Notes: a model not told the origin generated them from the sequence alone. Positions 49,576-59,965 are shown, counted from the stretch's first letter. The stretch: DNA of 64,000 bases from Treponemataceae bacterium (GCA_963678065.2 CAXXVZ010000003.1:1-64000); one strand, 5' to 3'. Numbers and translations: made by a program.

Positions 49576-51234
49576 TCAAACTGTCACGGTGTCGAAAAAA
49601 TGTGTGGTGTTGCGGCCCTTGTCCTTGGCCCGGTAAAGCGCCCTGTCGGCCTTCGCGTAGAGCAGTTCGAAGGATTCCTGGCGATCGGTGTCCGCCAGAA
49701 CCGCTCCGATGCTGATGGAGAGTCTGAGAAGTCTGTCCTCCGCGCCGAACTCCGTGTCCGCGATTCCGGAAACCAGCGCGTGGGCGGCGGCGCGCAGGTC
49801 CTCATCGCTTCCCCGTTCCATGAAAATGCCGAACTCATCGCCGCCCAGCCGGCCGAAGAGGTCATCTGGCTCGAGGAGGACTGACATCCTGTGCGCGAAG
49901 GCGGCGAGGATCCTGTCGCCCTCCGAATGTCCCATCGTATCGTTTATCCACTTGAAGTAGTCGATGTCGACCACGAGAAATGCGTATCTGCGAATGCTGC
50001 TTCCCGCTTCGAGAGCCATCTCGACCTTCGCGATGAAGCATTCCCTGTTGAGGACTCCCGTGAGTCCGTCGGTCTCTGCCCTGACCCTGAGGATTTCGCC
50101 TTGCCTGAAAAGCTCGGTGCTGTCGCGGATGATGGCCAGCCATCCGACGGGCGCCGAATCGGCCACAAGCGGATACATGGTGATTTCATAGCGAAATGAA
50201 GACAGATCCGGGCCGTTTTTGCGATGCGGCGCCTCTGTTTCACGGGGGAGCGGCGCCGGGTCTTCGTCCGCCGGGACATCCGGTGTTCCGGCCGGCGGGT
50301 CGGAGGAGGCCAGCGTCATGCCGAAAACAGTTTTCGTCTGCCCCGCGATCGCCCTGTGGAACTCGGAAAGGTCACCGCGAATGACGAGTTCGGGATTGTC
50401 GGGATCATCGGGAAAAGCCCGCGCAAGGAATTTCTTCGCGGCATCGTTCGAGTCGAGGATGAGGCCCTCCTCGGAAAAGACGAGTACGCCGTCGTCGATG
50501 ACTTCCAGGACTTTCTCCCGGGCAAGGGGTGTGACGGCGAGGAAGCCGTGGCGCCGCACGCCATAGTAGACGATGGCGCAGCTCGGAATGAAAAAGACGG
50601 ATATGGGGATCGGTATCGGGATGATTTCGGAGATCGCGCTCACGATCAGACCGGAAGCCGCCGGAATCGCGGTCCCGATGAGGATGGCGAGTACCTGCGG
50701 CCGGTTCCTGCGGGGAACTTTGAAGAGGAAAGCGAAAAACCGGACCTCGGCCAGGACAGCCAGGAAATAATTGAAGGAGACGAATACCATTCCCGCGAGA
50801 GTCTGGCAGACAATGAGAGTGCTGTGGCTGGGAGTCAGGCTGATTCCTGTCCGCTCCCTCATGATGTGGTGCGTCCCGTCCGTGAAGATGAGGGAGAGTG
50901 CGACGAGCTGGATGGCGAGCGCTGCGAGCATCAGATGCCGTGTCCGGCGGGAACTGTCGCCCGTGTAGGCCCCGGCGAACAGATTGACGGCGAGTGGAGC
51001 GAGGAAGACTCCGATCTGCGTGAAATTCCGCCACAGCAGTTTCGCCCCGAAGGTATCCGAAATACCTTCGAAAAAACTGCCCGTCGCCCAGAGGATGAGG
51101 GTGGCGACTATGAGAGTGAACTCGGTGCCGCCGCGTTTCCCGATCTTGCCTGAGATCAGGGCGAGGATAGTCGCGAGTGTTCCGATCGAAGCCACATTCA
51201 GGAAAGTCTGGATGAAACTGTCGAGACTGTTCAA
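49576..51234 (-). CDS. Diguanylate cyclase with HisKA_7TM-like and PAS-like domains
   Basis: Hydrophobic N-terminus, IDDGVLV...NDAA, TDGLTGVLNR, DIDYFKWINDTMGH, RLGGDEF, ADRALYRAK; TTG start. Confidence 0.9.
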   Translation of the reverse strand: MNSLDSFIQTFLNVASIGTLATILALISGKIGKRGGTEFTLIVATLILWATGSFFEGISDTFGAKLLWRNFTQIGVFLAPLAVNLFAGAYTGDSSRRTRHLMLAALAIQLVALSLIFTDGTHHIMRERTGISLTPSHSTLIVCQTLAGMVFVSFNYFLAVLAEVRFFAFLFKVPRRNRPQVLAILIGTAIPAASGLIVSAISEIIPIPIPISVFFIPSCAIVYYGVRRHGFLAVTPLAREKVLEVIDDGVLVFSEEGLILDSNDAAKKFLARAFPDDPDNPELVIRGDLSEFHRAIAGQTKTVFGMTLASSDPPAGTPDVPADEDPAPLPRETEAPHRKNGPDLSSFRYEITMYPLVADSAPVGWLAIIRDSTELFRQGEILRVRAETDGLTGVLNRECFIAKVEMALEAGSSIRRYAFLVVDIDYFKWINDTMGHSEGDRILAAFAHRMSVLLEPDDLFGRLGGDEFGIFMERGSDEDLRAAAHALVSGIADTEFGAEDRLLRLSISIGAVLADTDRQESFELLYAKADRALYRAKDKGRNTTHFFDTVTV

Positions 51235-51315
51235 CCTGGTTCCTTCCTGTCCGGAGCGGTCAATGATGATAGATACTAATTTGTGCAGGTGAGGGAGTCA
51301 AGTTTTCCCGCTCTT

Positions 51316-53754
51316 CTATTGCCTCTGCAGGAAATAGATCCCGAGATGGAGGAGGATGCCCGCGATCCCCTCGTCGAATCCGGAATCGAGTCTTCTCGAT
51401 TCGCGCACAAGCCACCACCATGTGCTCATGCGGATGTCGATCTGGAGGAGCTGGGTCAGGAATTCCTTTTCCCGCACCTCTGGTCCGAACAGCACATCCA
51501 TGACCGCATCGCTCAGGGCGAAGAGGCTCGAAAGCCCTTCCTTCCACCGGCTGGTCTCCATGGCTTCCGAGATCATGGACAGGGCGGCCTCGACCGCCGC
51601 CCCCCGCTGCCCCGCGGCGCGGTCGTCGGACTGTGCAGCTTTTCCCTGACGCGCCGCGCCGGAGTGGCTGCCCGCCAGAAGTTCCCTGATGTTCACGTCA
51701 AACCGCGCTTTGAGCGCGCGGCAGCGGGCGAGCCTCTCGGCCTCTCCGCCGGTCATGTACTGGTAGAACTCGCCGGGTTTTCCTATCAGATTCGCGATCG
51801 CCGTCGCGTACTGACGCCTGAGGACGGTGTTGGATGTGGAGATGAAGCGCGGGAAAAGCTCCCAGACGGCCTGGAATATTTCGAAGCGGGCCTCGCTGCC
51901 CTCGGCGCCTTCCCCTGCGCGGCTCGCCGCTTCTGTCCCCATGACGATGACCGTGTCTTCGCGCCTGGATCGGAATGCCTGGAGGAGGGCGTCGATGGAC
52001 TCGTCGTCTCCGATGCTGCCGAGAGCCTCCGCGCAGGCGGCCCTGAGTTCGGCGGAAGGGGAGGAGAGCGCGTCGGCGAGGGCGGGCACGGCTCCCCGGT
52101 CGCCGATCCGGCCGAGCGCGCGCGCGGCCTCGATGCGGATCATGCTGTCCTCGTCGGAAAGCCGCGCCGAAAGGGCGCCGACCGCTTCCGGCGACCCGAT
52201 CCGGCCCAGGGCGCGGGCCGCCTCTTCCCTGACTTCCGGCGAGGGATCGTCGAGGCGCTCCAGGATCTCTTCCATGAGAAGGGCGCCCGAGCCGTCCTCG
52301 ATCCGGCGGAGCGCGCTCGCGACTCTGCCCGATTCCTGGACCTTGTTGAGGGCGTCGAGCGACATGAAACTCCTGAAGAGCGTGCCCCCGGCGAGCTGGG
52401 TCGCGACGTCGCCGAGGCTCTTCTGCTTCCCTTCCCTGGTCTTGTTGATGAGGATCATCGCAAATCCGATGGCGACGAGGGCCGCGACGAGGACGACATG
52501 GAATCCGCTCAGATGGACGAATCCCGCGTCGAGAGAGAAGTCGCCCAGCATGTCCTTCATCTCGCCTCCGATTATGGACGACATTGCCGATACGAGTCCC
52601 ACGATCGTGTTGTACCAGGCGATGTAGGAGACACGGTTCGCGGAAGGGGCGAGGGTCAGCATGAGCTGGCCGGCGCCCTCCCAGAATGCCGGACCGAAGA
52701 AGCCGACGACGAGGGCGATGACGGGGAGGATGAATGTGTAGTTTTTCCCCGTGAGGAAGAAAAATCCGATCCAGCCGAGGGTGGTGAGGCACCCGAGGAG
52801 GACGACGGGTTTCCGCCCGTAGCGGTCCATCACGACGCCCCAGAACGGGGCTATCGCGACCCACACGAGCTGGGAGATCACGGTCATGATGCCGAGCCAG
52901 GTGTTCGGTGCCCCGATGGCTTCGGGGGAGGTGATGTAGGGGGCCTGGAAGGGGCCGATCAGGTTCATCGCGAAGACGGCGGCCCCGACCGAAACCGAAT
53001 AGCGTATGAAATTCCTGTTGGAGAGCGGGGCGAAGAAATCCGCGAACTCATCCTTGGCTGTCCGGTTCATCGACTCATCCTTCGGGGCCGTCGTGCCCGG
53101 CTCCGGTATCGCCAGGTGCAAAAGGATATCCGCCACTCCCGCCATGCCCCCCACCCCGATGATACAGCCGTACACCCAGAAGGTGGATTCGGGGGGAAAG
53201 AGGTCGAGCAGCAGCGTCGCGGAGAAAAACCAGATGACAGTGACGAACTGCGCGGCCGCCGACCTCCGGAGGAAGAAGGTGCCCCTGCTCCGCTCGGGAA
53301 TGATGTCGGCCATCCAGCTGAGCCATCCCGAGGAACTCAGGTTCATGAAGCTCCAGGAAACGGCGACCGCGACGACGACCCAGCGGACAGCCGTGGCCTT
53401 CTCCCCGCCTCTGGCGACGAAGAAGGCCATCGCCATGACGATGAGCCCGGCCACGCGGTGAAGGAGGTGGAAACCGATCCAGAACGCTTTTCTCGCGGGA
53501 AGCCGGGCGTAGATGAACACGGAGAAAAGCTGGAGAACGGCCGAAGCCTGCATGATGGCGATGAGGAGCCCGAGCGTAGACGACGAGGCCCCGAGATGAT
53601 TTACCAGGAAGACGTTGAATATCGGCTGGGGAGAGCAGACGTGGACCCACATGGTTCCGAGAGCGCCGGCGGCGGTCGAGACCGTCATCGCCTTTCCGAG
53701 GGCTTTGGGCGACTCTATGGCTCCATGTGTCGTCTCGGCTGTCCGTCTCTGCAT
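51316..53754 (-). CDS. MFS transporter fused to HEAT-repeat domain
   Basis: ~12 TM with WMADIIPERSRGTFF and WGVVMDRYGRKP; then LDDPSPEVREEAARALGRIG, IRIEAARALGRIG, LRAACAEALGSIG. Confidence 0.88.
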   Translation of the reverse strand: MQRRTAETTHGAIESPKALGKAMTVSTAAGALGTMWVHVCSPQPIFNVFLVNHLGASSSTLGLLIAIMQASAVLQLFSVFIYARLPARKAFWIGFHLLHRVAGLIVMAMAFFVARGGEKATAVRWVVVAVAVSWSFMNLSSSGWLSWMADIIPERSRGTFFLRRSAAAQFVTVIWFFSATLLLDLFPPESTFWVYGCIIGVGGMAGVADILLHLAIPEPGTTAPKDESMNRTAKDEFADFFAPLSNRNFIRYSVSVGAAVFAMNLIGPFQAPYITSPEAIGAPNTWLGIMTVISQLVWVAIAPFWGVVMDRYGRKPVVLLGCLTTLGWIGFFFLTGKNYTFILPVIALVVGFFGPAFWEGAGQLMLTLAPSANRVSYIAWYNTIVGLVSAMSSIIGGEMKDMLGDFSLDAGFVHLSGFHVVLVAALVAIGFAMILINKTREGKQKSLGDVATQLAGGTLFRSFMSLDALNKVQESGRVASALRRIEDGSGALLMEEILERLDDPSPEVREEAARALGRIGSPEAVGALSARLSDEDSMIRIEAARALGRIGDRGAVPALADALSSPSAELRAACAEALGSIGDDESIDALLQAFRSRREDTVIVMGTEAASRAGEGAEGSEARFEIFQAVWELFPRFISTSNTVLRRQYATAIANLIGKPGEFYQYMTGGEAERLARCRALKARFDVNIRELLAGSHSGAARQGKAAQSDDRAAGQRGAAVEAALSMISEAMETSRWKEGLSSLFALSDAVMDVLFGPEVREKEFLTQLLQIDIRMSTWWWLVRESRRLDSGFDEGIAGILLHLGIYFLQRQ

Positions 53755-53904
53755 CAGGCTTCCTCGCGCATCGGTCAGCCTATCCTAGCGACCGCCGCCG
53801 CGCGCATCAATATGGCTCAAGGCGCTCGGACTGGACGATCGCGCTGTGGCACGCCCGCGTCCCGTGGTCAGTCCCGCAGCCGAGGGGAGGCGGGCCTGCG
53901 CGGT

Positions 53905-55242
53905 TCAGCGGTACTCCGGAATCATGCCGCCGTGCGCCTCGAAAAGATCGTCGCACAGGGCGCGGATTCTATCGAGCGTGAGCTCTGCCGCGCAGCGCGG
54001 GTCGAGATAGGCCGCCTGGTAGACGAGGTCGCGGCTGCGTTTCAGGGCCGCCTCCACAGCGAGGAGCTGGACGTTTATGTTCGTCATGTTGAGCGCCGCG
54101 CACTGTGTGGGCAGAGGGCCGGCGTAACAGCCCTGGACGCCGTTCTTGTCCACGAGGCAGGGCACTTCGACGACAGCGTCGGCCGGAAGGTTCGGGATGA
54201 GTCCCGCATTGAGCACGTTGCCGTGGACGCGGAACGGATTTCCCGTCACTATCGCCTCCATTATTCCGGCTCCGAACTCGCTCGTCTTTTCGTGGGTCAG
54301 TCGCGGGTCGGCCACGATTTCGTTGCGGCGTTTTTTCCAGCCCGTGATCTGGTTCACACAGCGTCTGGGGTATTCGTCGAGGGGAATGTTGAACTCGTCG
54401 ACAAGGTCAGGCCGGTCGCGCTTGATCCAGTAGGGCGTGTACTCGGCGTTGTGCTCCGAGGATTCCGTCACATAATACCCGAAGTGGCGCATGATCTCGA
54501 GCCTGACCATATCGCCGTGCTTGTTTCCCTCCGGTTTCCGGGCGGACTCGTTCAGCGCCGCGGCCCGGACCTTGATCTCCGGATAGAGGTCGACGCCCCG
54601 CGCCTTTATTTCGAGGAGCCAGGCCATGTGGTTGATGCCGGCTATTTTCCACGCAAGGTCGGATTCCGGGATCTCCATCCCGACATCCGCAAGGAGCGTC
54701 CGGGCGCATACCTGCACGGAGTGGCAGAGTCCGACCGTCTTCACGCCCGATCCGCGCAGCATGGCTCCCGTCACCATGCACATGGGGTTCGTGTAGTTGA
54801 GCATCCAGGCGTCGGAGGCGACTTCCTCGATATCCCTGGCAAAATCGAGCATGACGGGAACGGTCCGGAGGGCCCGGAAGATTCCTCCGATCCCGAGCGT
54901 ATCCGCGATCGTCTGCCTGAGTCCGTACTTCTTCGGAATTTCGAAGTCGACGATCGTCGCGGGATCGTATCCGCCGACCTGGATCGCGTTGACGACAAAG
55001 TCGGCGCCGCGCAGGGCATTTGCGCGCTCCTGTGGGCCGAGGTGGCGGCTTACGCGGGCGCGTCCCGAGTTTATCGTGGCGTTGAGCGTGTTCAGCATCA
55101 GGAAGGAGTCTTCGAGCCTCCCGGCGTCGATGTCGTAGAGCGCTATCTTTGCATCCGAGAGGGCGGGCGTGAGCATCGCGTCCCCCAGTATGTTTTTCGC
55201 GAAGACCGTGCTCCCCGCGCCGAGAAAGGTGATTTTTGCCAT
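53905..55242 (-). CDS. melA: GH4 alpha-galactosidase
   Basis: GAGSTVF, QTIADTLGIGGIFR, NYTNP, GLCHSV, AGINH, TESSEHNAEY. Confidence 0.9.
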   Translation of the reverse strand: MAKITFLGAGSTVFAKNILGDAMLTPALSDAKIALYDIDAGRLEDSFLMLNTLNATINSGRARVSRHLGPQERANALRGADFVVNAIQVGGYDPATIVDFEIPKKYGLRQTIADTLGIGGIFRALRTVPVMLDFARDIEEVASDAWMLNYTNPMCMVTGAMLRGSGVKTVGLCHSVQVCARTLLADVGMEIPESDLAWKIAGINHMAWLLEIKARGVDLYPEIKVRAAALNESARKPEGNKHGDMVRLEIMRHFGYYVTESSEHNAEYTPYWIKRDRPDLVDEFNIPLDEYPRRCVNQITGWKKRRNEIVADPRLTHEKTSEFGAGIMEAIVTGNPFRVHGNVLNAGLIPNLPADAVVEVPCLVDKNGVQGCYAGPLPTQCAALNMTNINVQLLAVEAALKRSRDLVYQAAYLDPRCAAELTLDRIRALCDDLFEAHGGMIPEYR

Positions 55243-55291
55243 GGGCGAACCTCCGTGAGTCCGATCCTAGACCGCAGGCTCTGATTCGTAC

Positions 55292-55349
55292 ATGACGATT
55301 TGTTGTATGCTCTTGATGAAATGTCGGATTCCGATGTCTAATTGTCGGA
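55292..55349. promoter_or_regulatory. Triple direct repeat, candidate AraC operator array
   Basis: atgacgatttgttgta / ttgatgaaatgtcgga / atgtctaattgtcgga at exact 21-bp period. Confidence 0.65.
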
Positions 55350-55435
55350 ACAGGGTTTTCGCCCGCATGATGGCACGATGCAAAGGCCCCAGGAAGAATT
55401 GGGAACCCATCGCGCGCCCGAAAGGAGCCGGCCTC

Positions 55436-56275
55436 ATGGCCCAGAAGGAAAGTTACGCGCCGCCTTCCTCCGATTCGTGGCTCTCGCTGCGCTACGCGGG
55501 CGAGGAGGACTGCCTCCCCGGGCATCGCTACGGCGGAGTCCGCGACCATGTCCTCTTTCACTACATCGTCGGGGGCGAGGGCAGGGTCTGGACGCGCGGC
55601 GCCTCGCACAGGCTCGGAAAGGGCTCGGGCTTCGTCTTCTTTCCCGGTCAGGAGCACGAGTACCGGGCCTCGCGGGATGATCCCTGGCACTATCTCTGGA
55701 TGGGATTTTCCGGATCGGGGGCGGCCCCGGCCCTCGCGGCCTGCGGCATCGCGCCAGAATCGTCCGCCTTCAGCCTGCCCGAATCCTTCGCCCTCGCTTC
55801 GCTCTTCCGCCGCGCCCGGGCCCATCTCGAGGAAGGCGGGGCTCTGTCGTCCTTGGCCGCCGACGCCTGCCTCCGCCTCTCGCTCGCCCAGCTCGCCGAC
55901 ATGCGGCGCGGAGTTTCGCCGGGAAATCCGGGAGTTCCCCGGCCGGGAACCGACTATGTCGATGCGGCCAGGCGGTTCATGGAGGAGCATTTCATCCGGC
56001 CCATCGATACCGCCGATGTCGCGCGCCACATCGGCCTCGACAGGAGTTATCTGTCCGAACTCTTTTCGCGCGCCACGGGCACGAGTCTCAAGCGTTACCT
56101 GACTGGCCTCCGCATGGAGAGATCCCGTAGCCTTCTCGCCCCGGGCAGGCTCAGCGTCGCCCAGGTCGCGGCCTCCGTCGGCTACCGCGACCCCTCTGTC
56201 TTCTCCCGGAGGTTCAAACTGGAGACAGGGCATTCCCCCGCGGACTTTCAGCGGAGCGCGGGGTTGAATACCTGA
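55436..56275 (+). CDS. AraC-family regulator (MsmR/RafR-like)
   Basis: AAGGAG RBS, GEEDCLPGHRYG, HYIVGGEG, DDPWHYLWMGF, DRSYLSELF, FSRRFK. Confidence 0.92.
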   Translation: MAQKESYAPPSSDSWLSLRYAGEEDCLPGHRYGGVRDHVLFHYIVGGEGRVWTRGASHRLGKGSGFVFFPGQEHEYRASRDDPWHYLWMGFSGSGAAPALAACGIAPESSAFSLPESFALASLFRRARAHLEEGGALSSLAADACLRLSLAQLADMRRGVSPGNPGVPRPGTDYVDAARRFMEEHFIRPIDTADVARHIGLDRSYLSELFSRATGTSLKRYLTGLRMERSRSLLAPGRLSVAQVAASVGYRDPSVFSRRFKLETGHSPADFQRSAGLNT

Positions 56276-56340
56276 ATACCCGATGAACGCGGGATGGGAG
56301 CGCATGCGTCACCGTGCGGACACCGTTCCGGGTCCCCGCG

Positions 56341-58143
56341 TCACGCGAACAGCTGCTCTTCCGCCGCCTCCTCGCGCTCCGTCCTGAACTGACTCGTGTA
56401 GAGTTCGCGGTAGACGCCTTTCTTCGCGAGGAGCTCGTGGTGGGTCCCGGACTCGACGATCCTTCCGCCGTCGATGACGAGAATTCTGTCGGCCTCGCGT
56501 ATGGTCGAGAGCCTGTGCGCCACGACGAGCCCCGCGCTCTGCGCGAGAAGGGACTTCATGCCTTTCTGGATGAGGTCCTCGGTCACGGTGTCGATGGAGC
56601 TCGTCGCCTCGTCGAAGATGACGAACTCGGGCCTGGCGAGAAGGGCCCTGGCGATGCCGAGGAGCTGTTTCTGGCCGACCGAGAGGAGGGCGCCGCCCTC
56701 GCCGACCTGTGCCGCGTAGCCGCCCTCGAGCTTCAGGATGAACTCCTCCGCGTGCGCGAGCCTCGCCGCCTCCCCGAGCTCTTCGTCCGTCGCGTCGAGC
56801 CGCCCGTAGCGTATGTTCTCCGCCACCGTGCCCGAGAAGAGGTGGGGCGTCTGGAGCACGACGCCGAGGCGCGACTGCCAGGACGAGAGGCTGTATTCGC
56901 GGTAGTCGACACCGTCGATGAGCACTTGCCCCGAGCGTGGTTCGTAGAAGCGCGCCGCGAGGTTGGCTATCGTGCTCTTTCCTCCGCCCGTCGGCCCCAC
57001 GAGGGCCACCGTCTGCCCCCTTTCTATCTTCAGACAAAAACCCGAAAGGACCGGCGCCTCCTCGGTGTAGTGGAAGCCGACATCGCGGAACTCGATTTCC
57101 TTCTCCATGCGGCTGAAGGCGCGCGCATCCGGTCTGTCCCGTATGCCCGCCTGTGTGTCGAGGAGGGCGAAGATTCTCTCCCCGCCCGCGATGGCGTGCT
57201 GCATTTCGGAGTACACGCGCGCAAGATCGCTTATCGGCCACATGATGAAGGCGATGTAGGAGACGAAGGCCTTGATGCTCCCGACCGTGATCGTTCCGAG
57301 CGCGATCTTCCGTCCCCCGATGAGTATCACGGCGCCCAGGGCGAGCGAGGTGATGATCTGGACGACCGGCAGGAAGAGCGCGGAGAGCCATGCCGCCCTG
57401 AAGGAGTGGCGGTACATTTCCCCGGTGAGGGAGGAGAAGGTCGCCAGATTTTCCTTCTCCCTCGCGAGCGCCTTCACCACGCGCACGCCCGTGATGCTCT
57501 CGTTGTAGCTCGCGGTTATCTTCGAGTTCGCCGACCGGACCTTGCGGAATTCCCCGAGGATCCGTTTTTTGAATTTCAGCGCGACGAATACGAGGGGCGG
57601 AAGGACGGCTGCCACCGCCAGGGCCAGGGTGCCGTCGATTTTGATCATGAACCACAGGGCCGAGGCGATGTTTGCGATCGCCCAAAAGAGATCGAGCAGC
57701 ATCCAGGTCGCGAAATCGGCCACCTTCGAGGTATCCGAATGCGCGCGGGACATGATGCGTCCCGTCGGCGTGCGGTCGAAGAAGGCGAAGTCCAGGCTCT
57801 GGAGCTTCGCGAAGATGCGTTTCCGGAGGTCGTACTGCAGCCACTCGCCGAGGAGGCCGGCGCAGTAGATGAAGCCGAACACCGCCGCCGCCTGCATGAG
57901 CATGACGATGCCGTAACGGAAAAGAAGAGTCGCTGTGCGGGCCCAGTCCGCGGCGAGCATGCCCTCGTCGATCACGAGCTTGGTGATGTAGGTGCCGTAG
58001 GATTCCAGTATCGAAACCGTTATGACGAAGGCCACGAAACCGAAGAAGAGCGGCGCCCTGCCGAGCGCGGCCCCTAGTATCCGCAGTACGGTCCTTCCGT
58101 CGAAGCTCGAGTCGAATTCTTCTTCATCAAGTTGTTCGTCCAC
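56341..58143 (-). CDS. Heterodimeric ABC exporter subunit 2
   Basis: TMD + NBD; GPTGGGKST, degenerate signature LSVGQ, FDEATS, AHRLST. Confidence 0.93.
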   Translation of the reverse strand: MDEQLDEEEFDSSFDGRTVLRILGAALGRAPLFFGFVAFVITVSILESYGTYITKLVIDEGMLAADWARTATLLFRYGIVMLMQAAAVFGFIYCAGLLGEWLQYDLRKRIFAKLQSLDFAFFDRTPTGRIMSRAHSDTSKVADFATWMLLDLFWAIANIASALWFMIKIDGTLALAVAAVLPPLVFVALKFKKRILGEFRKVRSANSKITASYNESITGVRVVKALAREKENLATFSSLTGEMYRHSFRAAWLSALFLPVVQIITSLALGAVILIGGRKIALGTITVGSIKAFVSYIAFIMWPISDLARVYSEMQHAIAGGERIFALLDTQAGIRDRPDARAFSRMEKEIEFRDVGFHYTEEAPVLSGFCLKIERGQTVALVGPTGGGKSTIANLAARFYEPRSGQVLIDGVDYREYSLSSWQSRLGVVLQTPHLFSGTVAENIRYGRLDATDEELGEAARLAHAEEFILKLEGGYAAQVGEGGALLSVGQKQLLGIARALLARPEFVIFDEATSSIDTVTEDLIQKGMKSLLAQSAGLVVAHRLSTIREADRILVIDGGRIVESGTHHELLAKKGVYRELYTSQFRTEREEAAEEQLFA

Positions 58144-59965
58144 GTTCCAGTTCCTTTTCGAGGTCGTCTTCGATCCGCGTCTGCAGATCGAAGGCGCGGC
58201 GGTAGAATCCGCCGTTTTCCATGAGCTCTCCGTGCCTGCCGCGTTCGGCGATCTCGCCGTCGCGGAGCACGAGTATGAGATCCGCGTCCATGAGGGTGCG
58301 CACCTTGTGCGCGACGACGAAGGTCGTGCGGCCGCCGACCGTCTCGTCGAGAGCCGAGCGGATCGAGTCCTCCGTCCCCGCGTCGACGGCCGAGGTCGAG
58401 TCGTCGAATATGAGGATGGCCGGATCCTTCACGAGGGTCCGCGCGATCGCGACGCGCTGTTTTTGCCCGCCCGATAAGGTCACGCCGCGCTCGCCGACCA
58501 GTGTCGCATAACCTTGGGGGAAGGAGCGGATCGAGTCGTGGATGGCCGCCGCCGAGGCCGCGCGCTCGACATCCTCGTCTTCGAGTTCGCGCTTCGACCC
58601 GTAGGCGATGTTGTCGCGTATCGTCATCGAGAAGAGGAAGGGCTGCTGTTCGACGATTCCGACCGTCCCGCGGAGCAGGGCCTTCGGGTAGTCGGCGAGC
58701 GGTTTCCCGTCGAGGAGGATGCGGCCCTTCGTCGGCTCGTAGAAGCGCGGAATCAGGTTGACGAGCGTCGTCTTGCCCGATCCGGGCGGGCCGAGGAGGG
58801 CTATCCGCTGTCCCGGCAGAGCCTCGAAGCTGATTCCCTTCAGCGCCCAGCGCGTCTCGCCGTCGTCGGAGCGGTAGGCGAACCAGACATCCTCGAAGAC
58901 GAGGTGGCCGCGCGGTCTCTGGCCTTCCTCCGCGCTCTCCTCCGGTTCCCCGACTTCCCCCATCGTCTCGATCTCTCCGAGGGCTATCTCCCCGAGCCTT
59001 CCGTAGGAGACCGCGCTCGTGGAAATCTGCGAGACGAGGCGGCCCAGATTCTGCAGGGGCCAGATGAGTCCGCCGAGCATGCTGGTGTAGGCCACGAAGG
59101 AGCCGATGGAGAGTCTGCCGTCGAAGACCATCGCGCCCGCGAAGTACCAGCCCGCGAGGGTCTGGGCCGCGCAGAGCGTGTGCGAGACCGGCCAGTAGAA
59201 GGAGTGGAGGAAGATCAGTTTCTTTCCCGAGCGGTAGCGGGATCCGTTGGCTTCCTCGTATTTCGCGGTTTCGAAATCCTGCCTCGCGAAGGCCTTGACG
59301 ACGCGGACTCCCGTGACGTTTTCCTGCAGGACTGCGCTGGCCTTGCCGTCCGTCGCCTGGTATGTGTCGTAGGCCGCGAAAATCCTGTTGAAGAAGAAGA
59401 CGGAGACTGCGGCGACGGCGGGGACCACGATGGAGGAGAGGAGGGCGAGTCGTATGTCGAGGACCGCCACAGCCGCGAAGTTGAGTGCGAAGAGGAAGAC
59501 GATGCGGGCGATGCCGGGCACGAGATCTCCGTAGAAACGGCGGACCGTGTCGACATCGGATGTGGCGCGCTGTATGAGTTCCCCCGTCCGCATCCTGTCG
59601 TGCCAGGAGAAGGGAAGTCGCTGGAGCTGATCGAAAATCCCTTCCCGGATGGCGCGCGCGATGCCCTCGGCCACTCCCGCCGATCCGCGTCCGGCGAAGA
59701 AAGAGAGAATACCCCGCGCGAGGGCGAGCCCCACGACGGTTGCCGCGGCGAAAGCGAGGGAGAGGAGGGGTTTCGTCCCGGAAAATCCGGAATCGACGAA
59801 GTCCTTGAGAACGAAGTTGACGGCTATTTCCGTCGCCACGCCAGCCCCTGTCAGAAGGAGGGAGATGAGGTATGCGAGCCTGAACCCTGAAAGAAGGCCG
59901 TACAGCCCGCGCGCGGCACCGGGGTTCCGGAGAAGCGATGCCGTGGGCATGGGAGCACTGTTCAT
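58127..59965 (-). CDS. Heterodimeric ABC exporter subunit 1
   Basis: Start MNSAPMPT after GAGGT; GPPGSGKTT, LSGGQ, degenerate Walker B IFDD. Confidence 0.92.
   Translation of the reverse strand: MNSAPMPTASLLRNPGAARGLYGLLSGFRLAYLISLLLTGAGVATEIAVNFVLKDFVDSGFSGTKPLLSLAFAAATVVGLALARGILSFFAGRGSAGVAEGIARAIREGIFDQLQRLPFSWHDRMRTGELIQRATSDVDTVRRFYGDLVPGIARIVFLFALNFAAVAVLDIRLALLSSIVVPAVAAVSVFFFNRIFAAYDTYQATDGKASAVLQENVTGVRVVKAFARQDFETAKYEEANGSRYRSGKKLIFLHSFYWPVSHTLCAAQTLAGWYFAGAMVFDGRLSIGSFVAYTSMLGGLIWPLQNLGRLVSQISTSAVSYGRLGEIALGEIETMGEVGEPEESAEEGQRPRGHLVFEDVWFAYRSDDGETRWALKGISFEALPGQRIALLGPPGSGKTTLVNLIPRFYEPTKGRILLDGKPLADYPKALLRGTVGIVEQQPFLFSMTIRDNIAYGSKRELEDEDVERAASAAAIHDSIRSFPQGYATLVGERGVTLSGGQKQRVAIARTLVKDPAILIFDDSTSAVDAGTEDSIRSALDETVGGRTTFVVAHKVRTLMDADLILVLRDGEIAERGRHGELMENGGFYRRAFDLQTRIEDDLEKELERGRTT

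Noticed and set aside
51283..55284. 1333-aa plus-strand ORF
   Set aside because: Antisense shadow of MFS-HEAT and melA; no motifs; long shadow frames are expected in GC-rich DNA
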